Source: Escherichia phage AnYang. From it: a DNA stretch of 64,000 nt. Where the stretch lies: sequence record MK234886, one strand, 5' to 3'. Within the stretch, counting starts at the first letter, position 1; the number at the start of each line of letters is the position of its first letter. The translations under genes and the position numbers were made by a program. This document shows, piece by piece, positions 11,529-22,083 of the stretch. Under the pieces are notes generated by a model that worked only from the letters and a program-made list of their open reading frames with translations, searched no databases and was not told the DNA's origin.

Positions 11529-14500
11529 ATGGCTGATATTTTAAAACCTGCATTCCGTGCTACATCCGGACTCGATGCTGCGGGCGAGAAAGTTATCAAT
11601 GTTGCCAAAGCCGATTACAATGTATTAGATGATGGCGTCAACGTTGAATTCTTTATAGATGAGAACACCATCCAGGCGTACGACGAGACGCGCGGATATA
11701 AGAAAGGGTTTGCAGTAATCCATGACCAACGTATCTGGGTTTCTCAACGTGATATCGATGCTCCTGCAGGAACTTTTACTCCGGGCTATTGGACCGCTAC
11801 CCGTACCGACCCTAAATGGATTACCGTAGCATCTCCTACACGCCAGCTGGCTTCCGGTGAATATATTGCGGTGGATTCCGCTGCTAGCTTTACTACATTT
11901 ACCCTGCCTCCGAACCCTACTGATGGCGATACCGTTGTAATTAAAGATATTGGTGGACGTGTTGGTTATAACGAAATCAAGGTCCAATCTAGTTCTGCTC
12001 CTGGCGGCGGTAACCAGAAAATTGTTCGTTTTGGTAATCAGTTTACTGAGACCTTAATTACGAAGCCTTTTTCTTATAACATGATTATCTTTGCTAACCG
12101 TCTTTGGCATTTCTGGGAAGCCGGTAATGAAGAACGTGGTATTCGGGTAGAACCGAACATGGCCCAGTTCCAATCACAAGCAGGTGATAACGTTCTTCGT
12201 CGTTATACTTCAGGTGCAGTAATTAAGTTTACCCTTCCTAAGTATGCGAACCAAGGCGATATGATTAAAACCGTTGATATTGATGGTTTAGGAAGTAAAT
12301 TCCACTTAATCGTTGAAACGTTTGATGCTTCGTCTGCATTAGGTAAACCTGGTCAGCATAGCATGGAATTCCGTACCTCCGGTGATGGATTCTTTGTTTA
12401 TAACTCTACCGAAAAATTATGGTATGTTTGGGACGGCGACCGTCAAACTCGTTTACGTGTAATTCGTGACGATGTTGAGCTCTTGGCTAATGAAAGTGTT
12501 ATTGTTTTTGGCCCTAATAATACAACGCCGCAGACGATTAATATCACATTACCCACAAGCGTAGCGCAGGGCGATACAATTAAAATAGCGTTGAACTATC
12601 TTCGTAAAGCCCAGACAGTAAATATTAAGGCTGCTGTAGGAGACAAAATAGCTTCTTCGGTTCAATTGCTCCAGTTCCCTAAACGCTCTGAATATCCGCC
12701 GGATACTGAATGGGTTCTGAATGATGTGCTGACCTTCAATGGTAACTTGAGTTATACTCCTGTTATTGAGCTTAGCTATATTGAAGATTCTACTACAGAT
12801 GCCAAATATTGGGTTGTGGCTCAGAACGTTCCTACTGTAGAACGTGTGGATTCTAAGGATGATTTAACCCGTGCTCGTCTTGGTGTTATTGCTCTAGCGT
12901 CACAGACCCAAGCAAACGTAGACCATGAAAATAATCCTGAAAAAGAACTGGCTATCACTCCACAGACTTTAGCCAATCGTGTAGCGACTGAATCACGTCG
13001 TGGTATTGCTCGTATTGCTACAACTGCTCAGGTAAACCAGAATACTGGATTTGCATTCCAGGACGATTTGATTATTTCTCCTAAGAAATTAAACGAACGT
13101 ACTGCTACCGAAACTCGTCGTGGTGTAGCTGAAATTGCTACGCAACAGGAAACTGATGCAGGTGTTGATGATACAACCATTATCACTCCTAAGAAGCTAC
13201 AGACGCGCCAGGGAACTGAAACCCTGTCCGGTATAGTAAAATACGTATCCACCACAGGAACCACTCCTGCGACTTCTAGAGCAACTGTAGGTACTAACGT
13301 TTATAATAAGAACACAACTACTTTGGTTATTTCTCCTAAAGCTTTAGACCAATATAAAGCTAACTACGAGAACCAAGGCGCTGTATATCTTGCAACTGCC
13401 CCGGAAGTTAATGCTGGTACTACTAATCCTGGATTCCAGAATGCTGTAGTTACTCCTGAAATGTTACACCAACGTGTGGCCCTTGATAGTCGTACAGGTT
13501 TAATTGAAATTGCTACGCAAGCAGAAACTGATACTGGAACTGATTATACTCGTGCGGTAACGCCTAAGACGTTAAATGATAGAAAGGCTACAGAGACTTT
13601 AACGGGTATTGCTCGTATTGGTACTCAAGTAGAATTTGATGCAGGTGTATTAGATAATGTTATTTCAACTCCGTTGAAAGTTAAAACAAGATTTAATGAT
13701 ACTGCTAGAACTTCTGTCTCAGCAGCCAGTGGTTTGATTGAATCAGGAACCTTATGGAACCATTATACACTAGATATCCGTGAAGCAAGTAATACTCAAC
13801 GTGGTACGGCTCGTTTGGCTACCCAAACTGAAGTTAATACTGGTACTGATGACAAAACAATCATCACTCCACTTAAGCTTCAAGCTAAAAAGGCTACCGA
13901 AAACGCTGAAGGTATTATCCAACTCGCTACTCAGGCCGAAGTTATTGATGGTACGGTAAGTAATAAAGCGTTTAGTCCTAAGCATTACAAATATATCGTC
14001 CAACAGGAAAAATCCTGGGAAGCTACTTCTGCTCGTAGAGGATATGTTAAATTAACCACAGGTACAGCCACTTGGGAAGGTGACGATACTAATGGTTCTG
14101 TTGCTAACCTAGCTAAATTTGAAGATAACGGCTTTGCTATTTCCCCTCTTCAAATGAACACTGCTTTAACTCATTATCTTCCGATTAAAGGTAAGGCTTT
14201 TGACAGTGATAAATTAGATGGATTTGATTCTACGCAGTTTATTCGTCGTGATATAGCACAAGATATTAATGCTAATATGACATTTAAACAGCCTGTAAGA
14301 ATTGAAAACACTTTAGCGGTCACCGGTGCGGTTAATTTGAGTGGCTCTGTTATTTCAAATAATACTACATTAACCGGTTCTACTACAGTCAATAGCAATT
14401 CTACTATGGGTGCTTTGAATTACATTGAGTTCACTTCAGAATCTCAAGGTGCGGGTACTTGGAACTCTCAACACAATAGTAATGTTAAAGCTCCTGTATT

Positions 14501-15407
14501 TTTAAATATAACTACAGGTCCAGGCTCTTCTAAATACGTTCCTATCGTAAAGCAACGGTATAAAACTGGGACATTTAGTTTTGGTACTTTAATAAATGAG
14601 TCCGAAGCAAGTCCGGACGAAGGTTCATTTGTATTGCATTATATTGATGAAGCCCAGACACAAAGAAGATGGACCTTCCGTAGAGACGGTTCCCTACTTT
14701 TATCAGCAGGTGACTTAACTCTATACAATGGTAATGCTACTATTAATGGCGGGTTAAGTGTAACTAAAGCATCCGGTATTACTACTACGGGATTGGTTGC
14801 TTCCTCTTCATCAAGATTTGATGGCAGTGTTGCAATTAATAATACATTAACTGTTCGAGACCCTTTGACAGCTAATGGTGGTTTAACGGTTAATTCAAGA
14901 ATTCGTTCACAAGGTACTAAACCTGCCGACCTTTATTCCAGAAAACCTAATGCAGATAATACCGGTTTCTGGTCCGTTGACGTTAATGATTCAGCTACAT
15001 ATAATCAGTTCCCAGGTTATTTTAAAATGGTTGAAAAAACTAACGAAGTAACAGGACTGCCGTATTTGGTTCGTGGTGAAGAAGTTAAATCGCCTGGTAC
15101 GTTAACTCAGTTCGGTAACACTCTGAATTCGCTTTACCAAGATTGGATTACCTATCCAAATACTGCAGACGGAAGCACTACTCGTTGGACTCGTACTTGG
15201 CAGCAAAATAAAAATGCTTGGTCTGGATTTGTTCAGGTATTTGATGGCGGTAACCCACCACAACCGTCCGATATCGGTGCTTTGCCTTCTGACAACGCTT
15301 CAATGAGTAACTTGACCATTCGTGATTGGTTACGTATCGGTAACGTACGTATGGTTCCGGACCCGGTAACTCGTTCTGTTAAATTCGAATGGATTGATAC
15401 ACCATAA
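11529..15407 (+). CDS. 34: long tail fibre proximal subunit gp34
   Basis: 1292 aa; T4 gp34-like N-terminus and internal repeat array; TATAAATA late promoter upstream. Confidence 0.9.
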   Translation: MADILKPAFRATSGLDAAGEKVINVAKADYNVLDDGVNVEFFIDENTIQAYDETRGYKKGFAVIHDQRIWVSQRDIDAPAGTFTPGYWTATRTDPKWITVASPTRQLASGEYIAVDSAASFTTFTLPPNPTDGDTVVIKDIGGRVGYNEIKVQSSSAPGGGNQKIVRFGNQFTETLITKPFSYNMIIFANRLWHFWEAGNEERGIRVEPNMAQFQSQAGDNVLRRYTSGAVIKFTLPKYANQGDMIKTVDIDGLGSKFHLIVETFDASSALGKPGQHSMEFRTSGDGFFVYNSTEKLWYVWDGDRQTRLRVIRDDVELLANESVIVFGPNNTTPQTINITLPTSVAQGDTIKIALNYLRKAQTVNIKAAVGDKIASSVQLLQFPKRSEYPPDTEWVLNDVLTFNGNLSYTPVIELSYIEDSTTDAKYWVVAQNVPTVERVDSKDDLTRARLGVIALASQTQANVDHENNPEKELAITPQTLANRVATESRRGIARIATTAQVNQNTGFAFQDDLIISPKKLNERTATETRRGVAEIATQQETDAGVDDTTIITPKKLQTRQGTETLSGIVKYVSTTGTTPATSRATVGTNVYNKNTTTLVISPKALDQYKANYENQGAVYLATAPEVNAGTTNPGFQNAVVTPEMLHQRVALDSRTGLIEIATQAETDTGTDYTRAVTPKTLNDRKATETLTGIARIGTQVEFDAGVLDNVISTPLKVKTRFNDTARTSVSAASGLIESGTLWNHYTLDIREASNTQRGTARLATQTEVNTGTDDKTIITPLKLQAKKATENAEGIIQLATQAEVIDGTVSNKAFSPKHYKYIVQQEKSWEATSARRGYVKLTTGTATWEGDDTNGSVANLAKFEDNGFAISPLQMNTALTHYLPIKGKAFDSDKLDGFDSTQFIRRDIAQDINANMTFKQPVRIENTLAVTGAVNLSGSVISNNTTLTGSTTVNSNSTMGALNYIEFTSESQGAGTWNSQHNSNVKAPVFLNITTGPGSSKYVPIVKQRYKTGTFSFGTLINESEASPDEGSFVLHYIDEAQTQRRWTFRRDGSLLLSAGDLTLYNGNATINGGLSVTKASGITTTGLVASSSSRFDGSVAINNTLTVRDPLTANGGLTVNSRIRSQGTKPADLYSRKPNADNTGFWSVDVNDSATYNQFPGYFKMVEKTNEVTGLPYLVRGEEVKSPGTLTQFGNTLNSLYQDWITYPNTADGSTTRWTRTWQQNKNAWSGFVQVFDGGNPPQPSDIGALPSDNASMSNLTIRDWLRIGNVRMVPDPVTRSVKFEWIDTP
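12950..13995 (+). repeat. tandem ~35-residue repeat array inside gene 34
   Basis: Recurrent protein motif (T/S)E(T/S)RRG(I/V)A.IAT...(D/N)...I(S/T)P(K/L).L about 8 times in the translation. Confidence 0.6.
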
Positions 15408-15415
15408 GAGGTAAT

Positions 15416-16540
15416 ATGGAAAGATTTATGGCTGAATTTGGACAAGATTATGTTCAAATTCCTGTACTATCTGAAAATAATGCCGTTAGTTATAAACTTA
15501 GTATAGCAGGGAGCTGTACTAAGTCCACTAAAAAGGCTTATATCAAATTTCAAGATGAGGACTTCGGTCCTCAGAATTTCCAATCTGGCCTAAATTTGGT
15601 TGAAATAGACCCGACAAATAACACAATAGTAACTACAAAATCATACGCATTTACCAAAGACCATGATGTTATTTCCCAAGCGTTTATAACTTATATTTCG
15701 TCTATACCTGCCGGTAGAATTGTTTGCTTTATTTCTTCCGGTAAATTAAACGCCTCACAGATATTAATTGATTGGTTTAGAGCTTCCGGTTCTGCAGCGT
15801 TTCCAGATAAATGGCTTATTGATAAAGTGGATACTTCTTATTCAGCTTTTTATGTTTCAGGAAGAAATGCTATTGTAATGGAACATGTGCTTTATAACGA
15901 TGGCGTTTTGGTAGAAGACGTTTCCACCCCATTAGAAGTCGTTTATGACAACTTTAATGATGTAGGAGGAACTGGGTTCCCTGTTAGAGTCGTTGAAGAT
16001 GAAAACACTTACTATAGTGGAGCTACTCAAGAAATTAAAAGGTTTCCTACCGAATCCACTATAACTCCTTGTGCCGGTTATAATATGGTTCCTGGAGATT
16101 TCTTTTATCTTAAATTCCAAATGACCTATGACCAGGCTTTAAAAGATTTAGGGACGACCCAGATGTCCATACGTTTTTTTAATGGTCAGGAAATGCTTCA
16201 ATCCACTGATATCAATATTCCTGTAGGAGCGGGCTCTCCACCTGCAGGCGCATGGATGTCTTTTGAGCGCGTAATAGAAGTTCCGCCGAATGCTAATGGT
16301 TTTACATTATATTGTAGAAAAACTGTCTCAGGCGGAGTAGGAGGTGTTAGGAATGTTATGTTTGGTGAAATAGCTAGACCTGAAGATACACCTAAATCCG
16401 CTGAAATTGGTGTTAATGGTATTCGTATGAGCTATGGTACCGAAACCCGTTCAATGGGTAATGTTATTGCACAATTGAATGATAAATCATCTGGTAATGC
16501 AGGTAAAGTATTTGTTCAAGAATTTAAAGAAAAATATTAA
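15416..16540 (+). CDS. 35: long tail fibre hinge protein gp35
   Basis: 374 aa, size and position. Confidence 0.8.
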   Translation: MERFMAEFGQDYVQIPVLSENNAVSYKLSIAGSCTKSTKKAYIKFQDEDFGPQNFQSGLNLVEIDPTNNTIVTTKSYAFTKDHDVISQAFITYISSIPAGRIVCFISSGKLNASQILIDWFRASGSAAFPDKWLIDKVDTSYSAFYVSGRNAIVMEHVLYNDGVLVEDVSTPLEVVYDNFNDVGGTGFPVRVVEDENTYYSGATQEIKRFPTESTITPCAGYNMVPGDFFYLKFQMTYDQALKDLGTTQMSIRFFNGQEMLQSTDINIPVGAGSPPAGAWMSFERVIEVPPNANGFTLYCRKTVSGGVGGVRNVMFGEIARPEDTPKSAEIGVNGIRMSYGTETRSMGNVIAQLNDKSSGNAGKVFVQEFKEKY

Positions 16541-16561
16541 GGGACCTTACGGTCCCTTTTT
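16541..16561 (+). terminator. intrinsic terminator after gene 35
   Basis: GGGACC-TTAC-GGTCCC hairpin followed by TTTTT. Confidence 0.7.
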
Positions 16562-16563
16562 GC

Positions 16564-16571
16564 TATAAATA
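16564..16571 (+). promoter_or_regulatory. late promoter TATAAATA (gene 36)
   Basis: Exact TATAAATA after the gene 35 terminator, 25 nt before the gene 36 ATG. Confidence 0.65.
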
Positions 16572-16596
16572 CGTTATCTAATAAAGAGGAATAACT

Positions 16597-17244
16597 ATGG
16601 CTGATTTAAAATTAGGCTCAACTGCTGGAGGTTCCGTTATATGGCACCAAGGTAACTTTCCGTTGACGCCGGTATCAAATGATATTTTATATAAGACCTA
16701 CAAAATCTATACCGAATTTAATAAGCCTCAAGCCGCAGATAACGACTTTGTTTCTAAAGCAGCAGGTGGTTCTTACAAAGGGACTGTTAACTTTGAAAAG
16801 GGATTAATGTTTAATGATTCCACTGGTTATGGAATCAAACTTGGTGCAAGAAATGGCGGACAACCTTTTACTGCTTCATTTAAGATTAAAGGGCCTTTTG
16901 GCTTTGAAACTGAAACAGGAACCCCGTTTGTAATCTTTGACCCAACCACTACGGTAGGAGCTAACCGACTTACTGTAATGGGTGATATCCTAGGTCGTCA
17001 AATTAAAGACGAATCTGGAAGAGTATTTTCTCCAGGGAATACTCCTACTAAGGCCCAGGTGGGTTTAAGCGATGTAGATAACGCAAAACAGGTCCAAATA
17101 AATAATAGTAACATACAATCCATGGCTGGTGTTCTTTCAGCCCCGAATTTCATATCTAGGAACCCAGGAACATTGAACGAACACGTTCCTCGTATTGACC
17201 AGGTTGTTCTTAGAGGTACATCTGAAGATTTTGGATATTATTAA
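16597..17244 (+). CDS. 36: long tail fibre distal connector gp36
   Basis: 215 aa; late promoter upstream; position. Confidence 0.8.
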   Translation: MADLKLGSTAGGSVIWHQGNFPLTPVSNDILYKTYKIYTEFNKPQAADNDFVSKAAGGSYKGTVNFEKGLMFNDSTGYGIKLGARNGGQPFTASFKIKGPFGFETETGTPFVIFDPTTTVGANRLTVMGDILGRQIKDESGRVFSPGNTPTKAQVGLSDVDNAKQVQINNSNIQSMAGVLSAPNFISRNPGTLNEHVPRIDQVVLRGTSEDFGYY

Positions 17245-17252
17245 GAGGCATT

Positions 17253-20200
17253 ATGGCTACTTTAAAATCGATACAATTTAAAAGAAGTAAAATAGCAGGA
17301 GCCAAGCCTACTGCAGCTCAGTTAGATGAAGGCGAACTGGCTATTAACTTGCGTGACCGCACTATTTTTACCAAGTCAGACCAGGGACAGATTATTGATT
17401 TAGGTTTTGCGAAGGGTGGAACTATTGATGGGGATGTTCTTCAAAACGGGACATTTAACCTTAACGGTAACCAATTTGTTTATGCCGGTAAATATATTGA
17501 ATTTTTACCTAAGACTGCCGGTAACGGTGCCTGGGCTAACCAACATCTGAATAAAGCCCCTATCTTTACAGATTTGAGTTCAACTACTTCAACTTCTGAA
17601 TACCACCCTTTGATTAAGCAACGTTATAAAGACGGCACTTTTTCAGCAGGTACATTAGTAAGCGAAGGCAGTTTTAAATTCCATTATATCAATGAAACGG
17701 GTGATTCAAAATATTGGACGTTTAATCGTAATGGTAGTTTTATTGTAGATAATGGCAATATTGAGGTCCGCGCAGGTAATATTAACTCGGCCAATGGTGT
17801 TATCACTGGTCCTGAAATTGTTACTAAAAATATTAATTTCAGTACAAAACCCTTTGTAGCTAATGCCAACATCGGCTATGACTGGGTTTCTTTGCCCACC
17901 TGGGTTTATAACCCACCAGCTGATGGTTCTGATGATACTACTAACGGTTTAAACTATTTGCGTAAATTACGCGCATCAAGTGCATCAAGTATTTTCCATG
18001 AAATTGCTGATTGTCGCAAAGGTAAGCCACAAGAAATTTCTTGGTGGACTGGTGTCGGTCCTTCGTCTTTCCAATGGGCTTTTGATAACTCTGGACGTAT
18101 TACTGCAGGTAAATCTATTTCTGTCGGTCTTCCTGATAATGGTGCAAATGGACGTTATCCACTTGAGTCTGCAATTTCTATTGGTATTGCAATTGGTGAT
18201 AACGATACTGGTATTAAATGGGTCCGTGACGGTGTTTATGACCTGATGGCTAATGGTATTTCATCTGCTACCATTTTGAATAACGGTATTAATAGCACTA
18301 AGAAATTGATGGTTGGTTATAGCCGTGATTCGGGTACTACATGGGATTTCCCAAATACCAACCAGGCTATGTTCACTGCACGTACTGATGTTGATGGCAA
18401 TAATAACGGTGATGGTCAGACTCATATCGGTTATAGCAGCAATGCCAAGATGTATCACTATTTCCGTGGCACGGGTCGTATGTCTGTTAGCATGGGTGAT
18501 GGACTTCTTGTTGAGCCAGGTATTTTAGATATTAAAACCGGTACTAATACGTTATCTTTCCGCGCCGATGGTACCGTAGCTTCAACACAAAGAACAAAAT
18601 TTGATAATGGCCTAATGCTTAACTCTAATACCAGAAATGACGGTATTACATTTACTGCTGCTTCATCCATTGACGGCACTAAACAGATTTTATGGGAAGG
18701 CGGTACTCGAGCAGGTCAGAATAAGAGTTATGTAACTGTTAAAGCATGGGGTAATTCATTTAACGCCACTGGCGATAAATATCGTGAAACTGTATTTGAA
18801 GTTAGTGACGGGCAAGGATACCATTTTTATTCTCAACGGGGCGCGCCTACAAATGATGAAACTGTTGGCCCTGTATTAATGCAAATTGCAGGTTCTTTAA
18901 ATGCAAGAGGAACATTAAACACTGATAGCAATCTTTATGTGAAAGGATTAAGTACACATGAAGGTACCGTAACCATGAATAACGGCCTTCGCTTAACAGG
19001 CGGCGCTAATATAAGTGGCCAAGTTAAAATTGGCGGTGTTAATGATGCATTGAGAATTTGGAACGACCGATATGGTGCCGTTTTCCGTCGCTCAGAAACA
19101 TCATTACATATTATCCCAACCAATGAAAATGAAGGGGAAAACGGTCCGATAAGCAACCTTCGTCCGTTTAGTATTGAATTAGGTACCGGTGCCATTAATA
19201 TAGGCCATTCTTTAATGATAGGCAACTCGGCACGCGCCGATGGCCTGTTGAATATTGATACCAAAGCATTCTTGATTACAATTAACAGTCATTCGAAAAT
19301 TAACCCTAACTATCGTATGGACCTGGAAAACGGTGCTTATATAAATGCTTTGATGGATTCAAATGGTCGTTCAGCTGGTGCAGGTTCATTTGCTTCCCAG
19401 AATAACGAAAACGTCCGCGCGCCATTTTATATGAATATCGACCGTGATGATACCAGCACTTATGTTCCTATGATAAAACAACGTTATGTTCAGGGCAATG
19501 GTTGTTTTTCGATAGGTACTTTGCTTAATAACGGTAATTTCCGTGTTCATTACCATGCAGGCGGCGATGGTGGTTCTACCGGTGCTCAGATTGCTGATTA
19601 CGGTTGGGAATTCACTAAATCCGGTGATTTTGTATCCCCTAAACGCGTTTCTGCTGGTGGTACAGTTTATCTTGGCACCGATGGTAATATTACGGGTGGT
19701 TCATTACCTAACTTTGCTAACTTGAACTTGACATTAGACCGTAAAGTCAATACCCGAATGGTTTCTTATTCAGGTACTGGCGGTTGGTATAAATTAGCCA
19801 CTGTAACAATGCCACAATCCACTTCAACCGTCACATTCGAAATTGCTGGTGGAAATGGTTATAATATTAACACTCCACACCAATGCGTTACTTCGAAAAT
19901 TGTTTTAAGAACTTCGAATAACAATCCGAAAGGTGTTAACGCGGTTGTTTGGTCGATGGATGTTGCTCAAGGTATTAAAAATGTCGCAACTGTTAATACA
20001 TCAGGTGATGTTTATGACATTTATGTAAATGTAGGTACATATGCTCAGGCTCTAGCAGTTTCTTATTATGCTACTCCTAATGCAACCATCAACCAGATAT
20101 TTGCTTCAGATTCATCCGGCGCAACAGAAACTGCAGTTGAACTTCCAGCCGAGGCTATCCAAGGGGTGGTTGCTAGTGTTCTGAATAACTTGGCTCCTAC

Positions 20201-21224
20201 CCCGACCGGCGTGAAGCGTTATGAAGCTGATTCCGAAATAGCTATTAACAACCAAACCGGTATTCGTATCAGAAGTAACTACGATAAAGCGGGTTCTAAT
20301 GCTTTAATGATGCGAAATGATGGTGGAAGTTTTTATATTCTTATAACTGATAAAAACGCAACCGATGGCGCTGCAACAGTTAACGGTGATTGGAACTCAT
20401 TGCGTCCTTTTACAATAAGCATGACTACCGGTGAAGTATCAATGAATAATGGTACAATTCATCGTGGTTCCTCTTTGTTCTACAATGGCATAAACGTCAA
20501 AGATAACGGTTCGATTAACTTTGATAAATCAGGCGCAAACCCGAGAAACATGCGTATATTCCATGCTGGTGATGGCACACGCGGAAACCGTATTGAAATT
20601 GCTGATGACTCAAGCTATATTGTTTATTTCGAAAAAACTCCGGCCGGAGCAAACCGTTCTTCATATAATAGCTGCGAAGTTAACGGTATAACTACCCTTA
20701 GCGTCGGAACTAAGATTAACACCCCACAAATTGGAGCATTTGGTGTCAATACAACAAATGGATGGGGTGGTAACTCCATTGCAATTGGTGATAGCGATAC
20801 AGGTTTCAGACAAGTTGGTGATGGTCTTTTAGAAGCTTGGGCTAACAACGTTAAAGTTGTACGTTTTACTTCTAGTGAAGTATACTCCGAGAAAAACGTC
20901 AATGCTCCTAACGTTTATATTCGTTCTGATATCAGATTGAAATCAAACTTCAAGCCTATTGAAAATGCTCTTGAAAAGGTTGAACAGCTCGACGGTTTAA
21001 TCTATGATAAAGCAGAGTATATTGGCGGTGAAGCGGTTCAAACTGAAGCAGGTGTTATTGCTCAGAAACTTAAAGAAGTATTACCTGAAGCAGTGCATGA
21101 ATCTTTAGATTCGCAGGAAAATATGGTTCTGACAGTTTCGACTCAGGCACAAGTTGCTCTGTTAATTGAAGCAGTTAAAACCCTGTCGGCTAAAGTTAGA
21201 GAACTTGAAGCTAAATTAAATTAA
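17253..21224 (+). CDS. 37: long tail fibre distal subunit gp37 with C-terminal intramolecular chaperone domain
   Basis: 1323 aa; N-terminus MATLKSIQFKRSKIAG and central blocks (GQNKSYVTVKAWGNSFNATGD, SFASQNNENVRAPFYMNIDR) match T4 gp37; C-terminus DIRLKSNFKPIE... resembles the S74-type self-cleaving chaperone. Confidence 0.9.
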   Translation: MATLKSIQFKRSKIAGAKPTAAQLDEGELAINLRDRTIFTKSDQGQIIDLGFAKGGTIDGDVLQNGTFNLNGNQFVYAGKYIEFLPKTAGNGAWANQHLNKAPIFTDLSSTTSTSEYHPLIKQRYKDGTFSAGTLVSEGSFKFHYINETGDSKYWTFNRNGSFIVDNGNIEVRAGNINSANGVITGPEIVTKNINFSTKPFVANANIGYDWVSLPTWVYNPPADGSDDTTNGLNYLRKLRASSASSIFHEIADCRKGKPQEISWWTGVGPSSFQWAFDNSGRITAGKSISVGLPDNGANGRYPLESAISIGIAIGDNDTGIKWVRDGVYDLMANGISSATILNNGINSTKKLMVGYSRDSGTTWDFPNTNQAMFTARTDVDGNNNGDGQTHIGYSSNAKMYHYFRGTGRMSVSMGDGLLVEPGILDIKTGTNTLSFRADGTVASTQRTKFDNGLMLNSNTRNDGITFTAASSIDGTKQILWEGGTRAGQNKSYVTVKAWGNSFNATGDKYRETVFEVSDGQGYHFYSQRGAPTNDETVGPVLMQIAGSLNARGTLNTDSNLYVKGLSTHEGTVTMNNGLRLTGGANISGQVKIGGVNDALRIWNDRYGAVFRRSETSLHIIPTNENEGENGPISNLRPFSIELGTGAINIGHSLMIGNSARADGLLNIDTKAFLITINSHSKINPNYRMDLENGAYINALMDSNGRSAGAGSFASQNNENVRAPFYMNIDRDDTSTYVPMIKQRYVQGNGCFSIGTLLNNGNFRVHYHAGGDGGSTGAQIADYGWEFTKSGDFVSPKRVSAGGTVYLGTDGNITGGSLPNFANLNLTLDRKVNTRMVSYSGTGGWYKLATVTMPQSTSTVTFEIAGGNGYNINTPHQCVTSKIVLRTSNNNPKGVNAVVWSMDVAQGIKNVATVNTSGDVYDIYVNVGTYAQALAVSYYATPNATINQIFASDSSGATETAVELPAEAIQGVVASVLNNLAPTPTGVKRYEADSEIAINNQTGIRIRSNYDKAGSNALMMRNDGGSFYILITDKNATDGAATVNGDWNSLRPFTISMTTGEVSMNNGTIHRGSSLFYNGINVKDNGSINFDKSGANPRNMRIFHAGDGTRGNRIEIADDSSYIVYFEKTPAGANRSSYNSCEVNGITTLSVGTKINTPQIGAFGVNTTNGWGGNSIAIGDSDTGFRQVGDGLLEAWANNVKVVRFTSSEVYSEKNVNAPNVYIRSDIRLKSNFKPIENALEKVEQLDGLIYDKAEYIGGEAVQTEAGVIAQKLKEVLPEAVHESLDSQENMVLTVSTQAQVALLIEAVKTLSAKVRELEAKLN
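20910..21221 (+). other. C-terminal intramolecular chaperone (peptidase S74-like) domain of gp37
   Basis: SDIRLKSNFKPIENALEKVEQLDGLIYDK...coiled-coil tail; such domains autocleave after fibre trimerisation. Confidence 0.55.
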
Positions 21225-21257
21225 GAAAAGGGCCTTCGGCCCTCTAAGGATTTTTTA

Positions 21258-22046
21258 ATGGCAATTGTAGGAATACCTGGTTGGATTGGTGAATCTGCAG
21301 TGAATGAAACTGGACAACGCTGGATGGATGCTGCTATGCGTGATGTGCGAGTTGCAGTACCGGGTTGGATGGGTTCGATGGCTAACCAATCAAAAGAAAT
21401 TTACTTATCTATAGGGGCTAATAACTCTTATGACAGAAATACGCTAATTAATTGGATGAGAGCCCAAGGCGGTGCGCCTGTGGTTATTACTATAACCGGG
21501 AATATAGTATCAAATAGCCGTGGAAACCCGTGTCTGGAATTCCCTAGCAACTTACCTAATGCTTATATACAACTTAATATTAATAGTGGTGTAACCGTTT
21601 ATGGTCGAGGAGGTAATGGTTCTACTAATGGTACTGCAGGCCAAGCAGGCGGTACAGCAATCCATAACGCCGCTGGAACCAAATTGCGTATTCGAAACAA
21701 TGGTGCTATCGCTGGCGGTGGCGGCGGTGGCGGTGCTGTATCGTTACAGAACAGCTATCCGACTAACGGTACCTGTGGCGGCGGTGGTGGTAGACCATTC
21801 GGCGTCGGTGGGAAAATAGGGTCTGATGCCATATTGTCCGGTGCAAACGCATCTCTAACTGCCGCTGGCTCAGGTGGTACCACGGTCCAATACGGTGCAG
21901 GTAACGGCGGTAATGTTGGTGCTGGCGGTGGACGAGGATGGGGCAAAAACGTTTATACCTCTGCAGGCGGTTCAGCTGGTGCAGCCGTTACAGGCAATGC
22001 TCCTTCTTGGCAGAACGTAGGAACCATCTACGGAAGCCGTGTGTAA
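21258..22046 (+). CDS. 38: receptor-recognising adhesin gp38 (T2 type, glycine-rich motifs)
   Basis: 262 aa; N-terminus MAIVGIPGWIGESAVNETGQRWM; poly-Gly motifs GGGGGGGAV, GGGGGRPFGVGG, AGGGRGWG separated by variable segments. Confidence 0.85.
   Translation: MAIVGIPGWIGESAVNETGQRWMDAAMRDVRVAVPGWMGSMANQSKEIYLSIGANNSYDRNTLINWMRAQGGAPVVITITGNIVSNSRGNPCLEFPSNLPNAYIQLNINSGVTVYGRGGNGSTNGTAGQAGGTAIHNAAGTKLRIRNNGAIAGGGGGGGAVSLQNSYPTNGTCGGGGGRPFGVGGKIGSDAILSGANASLTAAGSGGTTVQYGAGNGGNVGAGGGRGWGKNVYTSAGGSAGAAVTGNAPSWQNVGTIYGSRV
21590..21960 (+). repeat. glycine-rich motif region of gp38 (low-complexity GGC/GGT runs)
   Basis: Runs such as ggcggtggcggcggtggcggtgct encode poly-Gly motifs separated by variable segments. 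Confidence 0.6.
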
Positions 22047-22057
22047 TACTTCTGTAT

Positions 22058-22065
22058 TATAAATA
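22058..22065 (+). promoter_or_regulatory. late promoter TATAAATA (holin t)
   Basis: Exact TATAAATA 18 nt upstream of the t ATG. Confidence 0.65.
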
Positions 22066-22083
22066 TCTTTAAAGGAGAAAAGT

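Noticed and set aside
21755-21946. Proline-rich minus-strand ORF (PPPAPTLPPLP...)
   Set aside because: Antisense shadow of the GGC/GGT glycine-codon repeats inside gene 38.
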